64,000 nt of DNA from the human T2T-CHM13v2.0 reference genome, Homo sapiens, in the NCBI RefSeq assembly GCF_009914755.1, contig NC_060925.1, one strand, 5' to 3'. Made by a program: the position numbers and the translations under genes. A model generated the notes under the pieces. The model saw only the letters and a program-made list of their open reading frames with translations, had not been told where the DNA came from and ran no database searches. Below, piece by piece: positions 35,357-48,081 of this stretch; the first letter of the stretch is position 1, and the number at the start of each line of letters is the position of its first letter.

Positions 35357-35636
35357 TGCTTGCTTGCTTGCTTGCTTCCTTTCCTTTCCTTTCCTTTCCT
35401 TTCCTTTCCTTTCCTTTCCTTTCCTTTCCTTTCCTTTCCTTTCCTTTCCTTCCCTCCCCTCCCTCCTTCTTTCTTTCCCTCCCTCCCTCCCTTCCTTCCT
35501 TCCTTCCTTCCTTCCTTCCTTCCTTCCTTCCTTCCTTCCTTCCTTCCTTCCTTCCTTCCCTCCTTCCCTCCTTCCTTCCTTCCTTCCTTCCTTCCTTTCT
35601 CTCTTTCTCTCTTTTTTTCTTTCTTCTTTCTTTTTT
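35357..35636. repeat. Compound microsatellite (TGCT)n-(TTTCC)n-(TTCC)n; purine-free from 35375 to 35636
   Basis: Directly visible; includes 17 consecutive TTCC units at 35492-35559. Confidence 0.97.
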
Positions 35637-37509
35637 GCTTAATATTGCTTTGGCATTGTGTTTTTTGTGGTTCCATACAAATTTTAAGGCTTTTTTCTAT
35701 TTCTGTGAAGAATGTCATTGGTATTTTGATAGGGATTACGTTGAGTGTGTAGGTTGCTTTGGGTAGTATGGTCATTTAATAATATTAATTATTCTGATGC
35801 ATGAGCATGGAATGTCTTTCCATTTATTTTTATCCTCTTTAGTTTCTCTCATTTGTGGTTTTCCTTGTAGAGATCTTTACTACCTTGGTTACATTATTGT
35901 ATTTAATTATTTTTGTAGCTATTGTAAATGGGATTGCCTTCTTGCTTTGTTTTTCATCTAGTTTGTTGTTCATGTATAAAAATGCTACTGATTTTTCATG
36001 TCAATTTTGTATCCTGAAAATTTACTGAATTTGTTGATCAATTCTAAGAGTTTTTTTGGTAGAATGTTTAGGTTTCTCTATATATGTGACCATGTCATCT
36101 ACAAACAGGGATAATTTGACTTCCTTCTTTCCAGTTTAGCTGTTCTTTTTTTTTTTTCTTGCCTAGTTGCTCTGGCTTATTCAAAGGTTGTTGACACATA
36201 CATAGATACCTATTTTAAAAGAGTGGCATGTGAGAAAAATACAGGAAATAGAGCCCAATAAGATATGAATATTTGAATTTGCTGATCCATTCTTTCATAT
36301 AGGACTATAAGATTTAACTCTTAAAACTTCAAAATTTTTCTGTATGTACTTTCCATCTTGTAAAGTTATAATAGACGCGTGTCGTTCTTATTGGAGTCAA
36401 TGAATTGGGCTCTGTCATTTGTTGAGATATCATCCTTCTGGCTCTGGAGTTCTGTAAGAAAATGACAATATATTTAGGGTGATAAAGCTAATATCTCAAG
36501 TCTCAATTGTTTGAGAGCCAGTTATCAGATTACCTTTCACTTCTGTTCCTATCATTTTGTTAATAACTATTGTTCATTTATTTATGTACTTATTGTCTGG
36601 TACCCCACTATAATGCGTCCATCAAGAGAGCTTACATCTCTCTCAGTAGTCTGTTTCCTTCATTTCCTCCAAATTTCCATTAACTTTTTAATCTGTTTGC
36701 TTATTTGGGTTTCTGTCTTTCATATTAGGGGCTCTCTTCAGATGATAAGGTGATCCTTGGCTGTCTGTTTCATGCTTGAGAATGGGGTACTAAAAAGATG
36801 ACTGGGAACTCTATACATGCATAAGGCTTATCAACAGTGGTTTGTACTTGTACGGTGATCTGGATGGCTTGTTTAGAAGGGGAAATCCTCTGCCAGTATT
36901 TTTGGATTTTTTTCTATTAGTTTAATTAACATCCCCAGAGCAAAACTTTCAATCTTTCAATATCTAATTGCAGAAATAAAGCCTGGCTGCTGGAGTTCAA
37001 GGGGCTAGCATAGGAAAGAGACTAGATGACTCCAGTAGATATTATGAAAACTTTCACTAAATCCTCCTTTTTCACTTTAACTTTTTTACTTTCAGCTGCC
37101 TGGTATCCACTATCTAGATGCCTTCTGTTTTTCCTTTCCAGGTAATAAACCTCGAGTCTTTTGCCAAGTTGACAAAAGGGATGGTCACACCAGTGTCAAG
37201 TCAGTACTGAGTCTGCCTTTTTATTAAACAGGCTTTCAGCCAGTTTTACTATTTTCAGTCCCTCTTTACTCTCACTTCTAGAGATATCATCTGCCACCAA
37301 ATTCCTAAGCACTTTGGGGTTCTATAAGGCAAATTGAGTTACTTTTTAGCTTTTGTCACAATCAATTAAGGCTTCAGGTTGCTTCAAATTGTTAAATTGG
37401 TTACCATTTATCTTTTTACTTTTTAACTTTCATGATTTTGTTGCTGCTATTATTTTCTGTCATATTTTTGTCTTGATGGGTTTGTATATTTTAAAAAAAT
37501 ACCTCTTCC

Positions 37510-37545
37510 ATGTCATACTCATTAGGATGGCTACTATTACCAAAC

Positions 37546-37590
<45 letters not shown>

Positions 37591-38290
37591 CAGAAAGTAA
37601 GTGTTGGTGAAGATGTGGAGAAATTGGAAACCTTGTGCAGTGTTGGTGGGAATGTAAAATGGTGTGGCTGCTGTAAAACATGGTGGTAGTTCCTCAAAAA
37701 GTTACAAACAATATTACCATATGATCCAGCATTTCATTTCTGGCCATATACCCAAAAGAATGGAAAGCAAGGACTCAAATACATGTTTGTTCACCCACGT
37801 TAATAAAAGCATCATTCACAATAGCTAAAATGTGGAAGCAAACCAAGTGTTCATTAGTGGCAGAACTGATAAAATGTGATATATACACATAACAGAATAT
37901 GATTCAGCATTAAAAAGGGAGGGAATTATGACACATACTATAGCATGGATGAATCTTGAAGATACTATGTTAAATGAAATAAGGCAGTCACAAAAGGACC
38001 AATACTGTATGATCCTTCTTATATGGGATACATAGAGTAGTCAGATTCATAGAGATAGAAAGTAGAATGATAGTTACCAGGGATTTGGGGGAAGGGGGAA
38101 AGGAGAAGTTAGTGTTTAATGGATATAGAGTTTCAGTTTTGCAAGATGAAAAATGTTCTAGAAATGGGTGGTTGTAATGATTTCATGATGTGTGAATGTA
38201 CTTAATACAACTGAATTGTATGCATAAAAACAGTTAAGATAGTAAATGTTATCTTACATATATTTTACCACAATTAAAAAATTTTTAAAA
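37510..38290 (+). mobile_element. L1MB-type 3' fragment with internal (CA)n (37549-37586)
   Basis: 'ggagaaattggaaaccttgtgc...gttttgcaagatgaaaaatgttctag...ttttaccacaattaaaaa'. Confidence 0.88.
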
Positions 38291-38544
38291 ACAATGAAAA
38301 ATAATTCCACTTTACATTTATTTTATTCTCTTCTTGGGGGAGATAGAGACTAATTAATGTATTCAATGTGTTGCTTAAAATTAAATCTATTATTTCTTAG
38401 TTTACAGCTAAGATGAGCCTTTTTAGGGCTAAATCACTTGCCCTGGTCACAGATCTAGTCATTGGCAGCCTAGGGTTTGATTCAGTTCTGGGAGGAAGGC
38501 AGGGTTTGTATCTGCTGTGATACATAGATCAGTTCGATTCATTC

Positions 38545-39200
38545 TTTCATTAGCCAGCATTAGAACACCTTTTTCATTCCAGCACTCTTGAAGGTAGCAG
38601 TAAGCAAGACAGTAAGGTTACATCACATTACCATGTGAGATGGAGAAACCAGACAGTAAGCAAGTATATACATAAACAAGACAAATGCAAATGTGGCTAA
38701 TTGTTATGATGGAAATAAAGTGCTGGCTGAAATGTGGGTAGGGAAGGCTTCTCTAAGGAGGAGACTTCAGAGTTGTGACATCAATGTGGAGATGGCCTAA
38801 TCAGTGTGAACATGTGGGCAGGAGTGTTCCTGGCAGAAGCAACAGCAGGAGCAGAGGCCCAGGGCTGGGAATAAGGTTGGCATGTTTGAGAAGATAGAAA
38901 AGACCAGTTTAGCAGAATGTACTGAGGAAGGGGAAGGACAAGTGATGGGGTAAGAGGTGTAAAAAATGCAGAACCTTGTGAGCCTTGGAGTAAAGCAGCC
39001 AAAGCTTTCCTAGGTATACAGAAAGCCACTAGAGGGGTTTCAAAGGGAAATGATGATTTTACTTTTTAACATTCTGTTGGCTTTCACTTTGTATCTACTG
39101 TATAGCAGATGGTAGGTTGTAGATACCAGAAATGCAATATGTAATACTGTTGCCCACAAGGAAATTATGGTCTGGTGAGGAAGAAAGAGCAGAGAGTGCC
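38545..39200 (-). mobile_element. L2 remnant
   Basis: 'agggaaggcttctctaaggag...ggcagaagcaacagc...ttggcatgtttgag...gaagccactagaggggtttcaa'. Confidence 0.65.
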
Positions 39201-39271
39201 AGAAAAATATAGCAGCATATTCCACAGTGTACACTTTGGGGTACTAGAGGTGATTTTTAGGAAACAAAAAT

Positions 39272-41181
39272 TCTTTATAGTAGAACAATTTATATTCCTT
39301 TGGGTATATACCTACTAATGGGATTGCTGGGTAAAATGGTTCTTTGAGAAAGAAGTTCTCTAAGTTCTTTGAGAAATCACCAAAGTGCTTTCCACAATGG
39401 CTGAATGAATTTACATTCACACCACTAGTGTATAGGCATTCCCTTTTCTCCACAACCTCACCAGTATCTGTTATCTTCTGACTTTTTAATGATAGCCATT
39501 CTGACTGATGTGAGATGGTATCTCATTGTGATTTTGATTTTGATTTCTCTAATGATTAACACTTTTTCATATGTTTGTTGGTTGTATGTCTTCTTTTGAA
39601 AAGTGTTCATGTTATTTCCCCATTTTTTAATGGGGTTATTTTTCGCTTGTTAATTTGCTTAAATTCCTTAAATATTCTGGGTATTAATCCTTTGTTGGAT
39701 GCATAGTTTGCAAATATTTTCTCCTATTCTGTAGGTTGACTGTTTACTCTATTGATAGTTTCTTTTGCTGTGTGGAAGCTTTTTAGTTTAATTAGGCCCC
39801 ATTTGTCAATTTTTGCTTTTGTTGCAATTGCTTTTGACATCTTCATCGTGAAATCTTAGCCAGAGCCTATGTCTAGAATGGTATTTCCTAGGTTTTCTTC
39901 TAGGGTTTTTATAGTTTTAGGTTTTATATCTAAGTCTTTAATCTATCTTGAATTGATTTTTATATATGGAGTATTGATTTTATATATGATTTTTATATAT
40001 GGTATACAATTAGGTATATAATACCTAATTGTATTTCCTAGGTTTTCTTCTAGGGTTTTTATAGTTTTAGGTTTTACATCTAAGTCTTTAATCTATCTTG
40101 AATTGATTTTTATATGTGGTATAAGGAAGGGGTCCAGTTTCAATCTTCTGCATATGGCTAGTTATCCCAGCACCATTTATTGAATTGGGGGGAGGGGTCT
40201 TTCCTTATTGCTTGTTTGTGTCAACTTTGTTGAAGATCAGATTGTTGTAGGTGTGTGGCTTTATTTCTGTGCTCTCTATTCTTTTCCATGGATCTATGTG
40301 TCTGTTATTGTACTAGTGTCATACTGTTTTAGTTACTGTAGCCTTGGAATATAGTTTGAAGTCAGGTAATGTGGTGCCTCCAGCTTTGTTCTTTGTGCTT
40401 AGGATTGCTTTGTCTATTCGGGCTCTTTTTTGGTTCCATATGAATTTTAGAATAGTTTTTTCTAGTTCTGTGAAAAATGTCATTGGCAGTTTGATGGGAA
40501 TAGCATTGAATCTGTAAATTACTTTGGGCAGTATGGCCATTTTAATAATATTGATTCCTCCTTTCCATGAGCATGGAATGTTTTTCCATTTATTTGTGTC
40601 ATCTCTGATTTCTTTCAGCAGTGTTTTGTAATTCTCGTTGTAGAGATCTTTCACCTCTCTGGTTAGCTGTATTCCTAGATATTTTTATTTTTTGTGTCAC
40701 TATTCAAAATAGCAAAGACATGAAATCAACCTAGATGCCCATCAACAGTGGACCGGATAAAGAAAATATGGCACATGTATACCCTGGAATACTACACAGC
40801 CATTAAAAAGAATAAGATTTTGTCCTCTGCAGCAACATGAATGGAGCTGGAGGCCATTATCCTAAGCAAACTAATGCAGGAACAGAAAACCACATACTGC
40901 ATATTCTCACTGGTAAGTGGGAGCTAAACACCAAGTACATATGAACACAAAGGAGAGAACAGTAGACACTGGGGCCTACTTAAGGGTAGAGGTTGGGAAG
41001 AGGGTGAGGATCGAAAAACTACCTGTAGAGTGCTATGCTTATCAGCTGGGTGATGAAATAATCTGCACACCAAACTAATGTGACACGCAGTTTACCTGTG
41101 TAACAAGCCTGCACATGTACCCCTGAGCCTAAAATAAAAGTTAAAAAAAAATAAAATAGATGAACAAATAAATAAATAAAA
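39272..41181 (+). mobile_element. L1PA15/16-like, 5'-truncated with 5' inversion
   Basis: Antisense ORF2 segment 39272-~40697, then a sense 3' end from 40698 ('cactattcaaaatagcaaagac') to an A-rich tail. Confidence 0.9.
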
Positions 41182-41761
41182 TGTGGTTACTAGATTGATT
41201 AAAAAAATGTCTACAATCAAATCAGGTTGGGGATTCATATGTGATATTTCCTTAGAGATTCTCAGTGCACACCAGCATATTAAAGTCCCAATTGTTACAT
41301 CACAGAAACCTGTGTACTTTGTTCAACTTTACATTTCCTAAATTTATTTGCACAAATAGCTTCTTTCAAATAATACCTTTTAACATCTTTTTAAACTCCT
41401 CTGGGAAACACTGATTTAAGGCAACATGACAATTATATGTTAGGTGTTATGGCAATAATGAGGGGGGCCTAACTACCACAACTCTGGGTGTGAAACAGGT
41501 AAGCATTCAGGATTGCCTTCCTGGAGTAGGTGACCCCTGAATTGCTTCCAGAAGGAGTAGAGAGGTTAGCCTTGTGAAGAATAGAGAAGGGTATTTCATA
41601 GAGAAAGAACTGCCAAAACACAGATATGTAGACCCAAACATCCCACATCATCATCCTTGGAAAATAGATTTACAAATTTCCAGCAGGAAGAGGAAAAAAA
41701 GTGCTTGAAGTGTGCTGGTTTCTCACCTTAGTGGAAATAATTGCTTAAAAAAACAGCCAGA

Positions 41762-42067
41762 GGCTGGACACGGTGGCTCATGCCTATAATCCCAGCACTT
41801 TGCGAGGCCGAGGCAGCAGATCAGCTGAGGTCAGGAGTTTGAGACCAGCCTGGCCAACATGGCAAAACCCCATCTCTACTAAAAAATACAAAAATTAGCC
41901 AGGCGTGGTGGCAGGCACCTGTAATCCTAGCTACTCAGGAGGCTGAGGCAGGAGAATAGTTTGAAGCCAGGAGGCAGAGGTTGCAGTAAGCCGAGATCAT
42001 GCCACTACACTCCAGCCTGGGCGACAGAGCCAGACTCCGTCTCAAACAAACAAAGAAACAAAAAAAA
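41762..42067 (+). mobile_element. AluS (Sx-like)
   Basis: Full dimer with a (CAAA)-patterned tail. Confidence 0.94.
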
Positions 42068-42859
42068 CCAGAGTAGAATGCAATTCTCCTCATCTGGATT
42101 TCAGCAAGAATTGCCCATTTCTGTTCAGCCGTAGGCCTCCATCCTCTGTTGCCAGTCTGTTCTTCTGACTCTCACCTGTCTCCTTTCTGCACACAGAAGG
42201 CCAGAGAGAATGAACAATTCTTCCCCATGTCAGTTGGCTCACCCTTCCTGGAAGTGTGGATTTCCTGTTAGTACCTGCAACTCTGTCGGCGCTGCTATTT
42301 CTGTCTTCGCGTTGTTTCAGAATACTCTCACACTGCTGCCCCATTTTTCCGTACGCAGTCTTCCAGGCCCTTTTTTGCACCTGATTTTTGCCAGGCAGCA
42401 TAATTAGAGGATGTTACATTTCCCTGAAAGAGCATATTCTCATGGACAACAGGACACAAGGGAGTAAGAAAGCTTCAAAGATGCTGGAGGGTCTCCCTCC
42501 TGTACCCCAACCTGTGCCACTTGGTATAACAGGATTCTACATGAGTTAGCTTTTCTTTATTGTTATTAGGAGATTAATAAAAATTGACCTCATTTATTTA
42601 GTGCTTACTATGTACCAGACACTGTACCAAGAATTTATTATCATTCAACTTTCACAACCCTAAAATATGTGTATTTTACAAATGAGGAGAAGTAGGCTGG
42701 CGAGTAGCTTGCCCAAAGTCATTCAACTCAGAAGAGAGGCCATCGTTTAATCTTAGATTGTACTTGTAAAATTCACACATCCAATACATAATGCCTTTAA
42801 ATGTTCTCATTGTTAACATTTATTTTCTTTGGATTCTGTGCCTATTTCTGCTTATGTCT

Positions 42860-43145
42860 CCGGATTACCTGGGAGCTTTTAAAAATAAGAATCCTAGGGT
42901 TCCACTTTATAACATTGACCAGAAGTCAAGAATGGGGCCCAGGAATTGCTATTTTCAGAAGCTCCCTAGGTGACTCTAATGCAGGGCTCTTCATACCTTG
43001 GTGTGCGTCAAAATCACCTGGTGAGGGAGGATGGCTGGGCTCCACACCACAGTTTCTGCTTCAGTAGGTCTAGGGTGGGGACTGAGAATGCACACTTCTA
43101 ACAAGTTCCCAAATGCTGTTCATGCTGCCATCCTAGCACTTGAGC
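42860..43145. mobile_element. MER5A-type relics (two adjacent or nested pieces)
   Basis: 'ggggcccaggaattgctattttc...ctccctaggtgactctaatgca' and 'aaatcacctgg...gcttcagtaggtctagggtgggg...ttctaacaagttccc'. Confidence 0.65.
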
Positions 43146-43659
43146 ATTTTTCCCAATATGTGTATGATCCCCCTCCCCCACCAACTGGGTGACGTAGATA
43201 GAACTTTAAGTGTCATTAAGTTATGTCATGTTTTGAATCTTTCTCTGCTCGATTTCCACGTCAACATGAGTGAGGGCTTCAGGGATTTTACTCCATCATT
43301 TTGGCTAAATGCCAACTTGGCAAATTCCACTCCTCCCCCGGAGGGACTGCAAATGCCAGTGTCCTCCTTCATTCAGGAGTGAGGTCATTGTCTGTGTGGT
43401 TAAAAGTGGACACTTTCTGCTGCTTCTGCTTTTGCACTGTAGTAGAAGTTTCAAGGAGCTCTATTTTACAGTTCCAAATTACCATCCCTCCCCTCTTTAA
43501 TGCTTCCAAGATGGATAGTCTCTCACCATAGGTTAATGTTTAGATTTTGATCTCTATTTCTCAGCCCCCCAAATCTGGATGATCCTCTGGTGCCAGAGCT
43601 GTTGCATGTATCACCCCTGGACACTTTCTTCTCTGCTTGAACCAGAGAATAATTATATA

Positions 43660-44036
43660 TAGTAGTTCCCCCTTGTCCATGGAAAATACCTTCCAAGACC
43701 CCCAGTGGATGCCTAAAAACATGGGTAGTACTGAACCCTATGTATACTATGTTTGTTTTTTTTTTTTTTTTGATCTGGTAACTGAGAGGATTACTAAGCG
43801 GACGACAGGGAGGTAGTGCCTACAGCATGGATTTGCTGGACAAAGGGATGATTCACATCCCAGGTGGGACCAAGCTAGATAACGTGAGAATTCATCACAC
43901 TATTCAGAATGGTGTGCAATTTAAAACTTATGAATTGTTTATTTCTGGAATTTTCCATTTAATATTTTTGTACTAGAGTTGACCATGAGAAATTGAAACC
44001 ATGGAAAGCGAAACTGCAGATAAGGGGAGACTGCTG
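43660..44036 (-). mobile_element. MER44A (TcMar-Tigger MITE)
   Basis: Terminal inverted repeats 'agtagttcccccttgtcc' / 'agataaggggagactgct'; internal 'atgaattgtttatttctggaattttccatttaatattt'. Confidence 0.85.
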
Positions 44037-47000
44037 TGCTAGAGTGCTATAGAGGATTTCATTTGGAAAAAAAAAGTTTTGGTCCTGGAAAAAAAGTTTA
44101 AGAACATAGTCGTATTCCATTTCTTCATATGTTTGAGATATTTCTGGCTTTGGTGAAACATAGGCTAGGAAAAGAACCTAACATCTTATTAGTGTAACTG
44201 AACAACAGTAACAGCAGACTTAGCCTTTCTTCCTTATGTGCAACATTACCTGTGACCTGACTCTTGAAACATAGCTGCTATTAAAGTACAAGTGAGTCAT
44301 GCATAGCAGCTTCTCCTTGCCCAGTTAATTTCTCTGTAAAATCTTTACTCTCTTTTATTCATGTATATATATGTATGTGTGTGTGTGTAAATATATACAT
44401 ATATATGTTTGTATTTCCCTTTAAGGATTTCAAACACAAAGACCCTAGTCATTTGATTGTCTCTGTACTGTCGAATTTTGCCTACAACCCTGACTGTAGA
44501 GACACATTGTTACCTGTTTTCCATATTCTGTCTAGTAAATGCTTGGTTGTCAGGACAACGGCATAGAAGGTGGAAGCTCATTGATAACCACGTGAATTCT
44601 TTAAACAAATATGATCAGAGCAAATTCCAGGGTATGCTTGAAAGTAGATTTAAGGAAGAGCAAAGGTTTCAGACATATCCTTCCTTTTATAAACTTGATA
44701 TTCATCTTTAAGGATCAGCAACAGTTGGAGTTACTCATAATTTTATTTAAAATCCTGAATAAAGATATCACCTTAGTTTTATGGTACGTTTGTCATTCCA
44801 GCTTGTTAGGCATGAGTGTGTTGTTACTGACAGAGCCCCTGGAGGACAGGCAGACACTGTGGTTCTCCATGGTCTCTCAGTACCAGGCACAGAGCAAGCA
44901 CCCAATACATATTATAGGAATAAATGATCTCAAATCTTCACAGTGCCTCTTATAGATGGCTTTTATGATATATATCTGCAGAGAAACTGAATTCAGGGAT
45001 TTTAAGTGCCTTTTTTGCAAGGCCCTTAAAGTTTGGGAAAGTAGGTGCATGGAATTAGAACTCAGATTATCCTGACTTCTAAGATCACACTCTTCATTGT
45101 AGCACACTGCCTTCTTGCCAAAAAAAAAAAAAAAAAAAAAAAGGAAGAAACATGTAAAAAGACAGACCATTTCTAAGATGAAATGTGTGCTTTTCAAAAC
45201 AATAGCAGAAAACCTTCTTCAAAGGTAAAATAGTTGGAAATAGAAGAAGAAATAATATGTAATTTAGCGTTCGTTGAGGATAAGCAATTAATCCTGCCCT
45301 CCAGGGGTGAATTTATGTCTAGCCTATTTGCACATGAAAGTACAAGTTGGGCTTCATTTCTATGCAAGTAAGACATCTGGTTGGGAAGTGAAAAATTTTG
45401 TCAGTTACCTGAATCATGTTTGGTCTACATGATAGAAAAGCCCCTGATGTCTTCAGATCACCAGAAGACATTTGGCATTGTATAGTTAACACCAGATCCA
45501 CTGACTGAGTGGTTCACCTGAGAGTTGCTGCTTGACATCCTGTAGATTCACCCATTGTTAGGAGGCTGTTACCATTTTGTAAGTCAGCAGTTTGCAAACA
45601 GTAGTCCAGACGAGAAACCAACGCTGGCCCTTGACAAAGTGTTCACTGGTGTGTGATGCAATAAATACATGAGGTCATAAAAGGAAGTGTATTTACCTTA
45701 AAAAAGAACATCCTTTATTTTGAGATCCTCTGCTTCCTATGTTTTTAGTGATACAATTTTGTGTCAAATAAATCCTCATTGTAAGATTTGGTTTTAATTA
45801 GTAAATGAGACAGGATAAAAAATTGAGAAACCTATATAAATCCCTAGTTTTCTTTATGTGATCTTTGTATTTGATTGTGAAAAAAAAAAGCAAAATTGTA
45901 GAAACCACTGCTTTAAACCTTGTAATATTTTTAGCACAATGACACCTAAAGTATTTTCATGTATTTCCCAAGTTTTCCTTTTCCTAGAAGTGGGGTAACT
46001 CTCCATGGTAGAACTGTTTGCATGGGTCTTGAAAGCATTGGACATCTTAACAGTCAAGTATTTTGCTGACAAAATAATGAATTTTCCTTTTGAAACAAGC
46101 GTTTTGTTCTTAAAATAACTCTAAAGAGAACACCTTCTGCACTTTTAAAGCATTTCCCTCTGAAGGCATGCCGTGGAGACATGACCATAGGGAGAAACTT
46201 TTTGTGCTAGAAAACTGAATTCCACCACTGTGAATTTTTTAACAGCTTTCACAGGTTCTGCAGTTTGCTCTCATGACCCCAAAAGCATATATCTCCACAT
46301 GCTGTAACATCAAGGATCTCTCCTCAAGCTTTGTAAGCTCGGCCAGAATGAGCTGAGTACCCTCTGTGTGTCAGGCGATGTCCAATACACTGGGAATAGG
46401 GAGTCATAATAACCATAATTTTATCTGACTTTTGTCTAGCATTTGTCATGTGGCAGACAACATGCTAAAACACTTATTTGCATTATCTTGCTTGATTCTT
46501 ATAACCACTCTGGGAGAAAAATAACATTATTATAGCCTTTTTACAGGTGAGGAAACCGTTGCAGGGAAGTTAAATCACTTGCCCAAGGTCACAAGCCCTG
46601 TGAGTGATAAAGCCACCACCATCCAAGCCTGTCCACCCCCTAACCTGAACTCCCAAGTGCTATGCTAAACCACCTGCCTCTTATGGATATATTATCTACA
46701 AAAAGAGCTCTGCCCTCAAGGCGATTATAATCTAAATTAGAAGAGGGAAGCACAAGGGAAAAAGCCATTATGTAGAGCAGAATGATGTAATTCCAAAAAA
46801 CATGCTGTTGGATTGTAGAGGAAAGAGTGATTAATTATGATCTACCCAGGGAAGGCTTTTTGCATGTGGCCTTAGGCTAGGTGAGAACAAAATAGGGCAC
46901 CAGCAATTATCTAGAGAATTGGGTCACTGTGGGTGCCAAAGTGGATGATGATTTCAAGCTAAAAAGACTATGCTCTGAATAGTTCAGAATTGGCCGCCCA

Positions 47001-48038
47001 CACTCCTGGAATCTGTTGAATTTTTGCCAACTCCCTTGTTCTCTTTGTGACTTATTGCCCTGGCTTAGATGAGCTTCCTACTCCAGGTGGGGGAAGATGC
47101 AGGATGGTGCTGCCATAGCAGGGAGTGCTGACAACGTGGAAGAAGCCTTCCTTGAGTCAGGAGCTCTGGATTCAATCTAGACTCTGCTCCCACAACTGGT
47201 TGACTCCAGGGAAGCCACCTCCTTCTCTGGGTTCAGTTTTCTCTACTGTAAAATGTATACACTGAAGTTGATGGTCTGTATGGGCCATTCAAAATCCCGT
47301 GTCTCTGTTTTTGGAACAGAGAAGGAATCAGAGGAGAGGACTGGAAGAAGCTAAAAGATTCAGCATGTTCGGATTTCATGACTCTTGTGGTTTTGTTCCT
47401 AGACAGGACCTACCAGGGGAGCCTCCTGCAAATGAGGTGGTCTTCCTTTTCTACTCATCACATTCTATGCCTGCCCTCTCTAACCTACATGGTATAGTAG
47501 GAAGACGCCATACCATGGAGTCAGAGAATCTTGGGCTAAAATCCTGACCATGTCCCATTACATAGTGACTTTGAACAAATTATGTAATCTTTCTGTGCTT
47601 GTATTTCTACAACTGTAGAATAATAGGTTGCAATATCATAGACTCTTCATGTAGAGAATCTAATTCTATTACTATAAAATCTAATTCTAATACCATTGGT
47701 TTGGTGTTAGCAATGAAGGTGATAGCAACTGAAAAGTAAGAAGAGCAGTGACTAAAAGCTCATAGGTTTTGATAAATGGGCACTATTACTATTATAATAT
47801 TTATTGTGTTAAAATACAAATTATGTACAGCACTCCTCTGAACACTGACCTACAATAGTTACCAGTTGCTTGTTGGACTTCTTGAACCAGACTTGACCAG
47901 GCAAAGAGAATTTGAGAACCTCTATTTCACTAAAAAGGTGGTATCTACAATATCTTGCCACTGTAGCATCTGCTATGTGTAATGAGATGCTTGGGCCTGC
48001 TGGTGGTCACCTATTTTCTAGGTATACGCATTGGCTTT

Positions 48039-48050
48039 TGTGGTGTCGCC

Positions 48051-48081
<31 letters not shown>

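Noticed and set aside
35143-35775. 210-aa ORF with EGRK/ERKGK repeats and the opposite-strand PSFL ORFs
   Set aside because: An L1 ORF2 remnant read through a stop-free microsatellite.
36640-37500. Possible unique exon-like region
   Set aside because: It resembles a degraded ancient L1M 5' region, and I found no convincing splice-bounded ORF.
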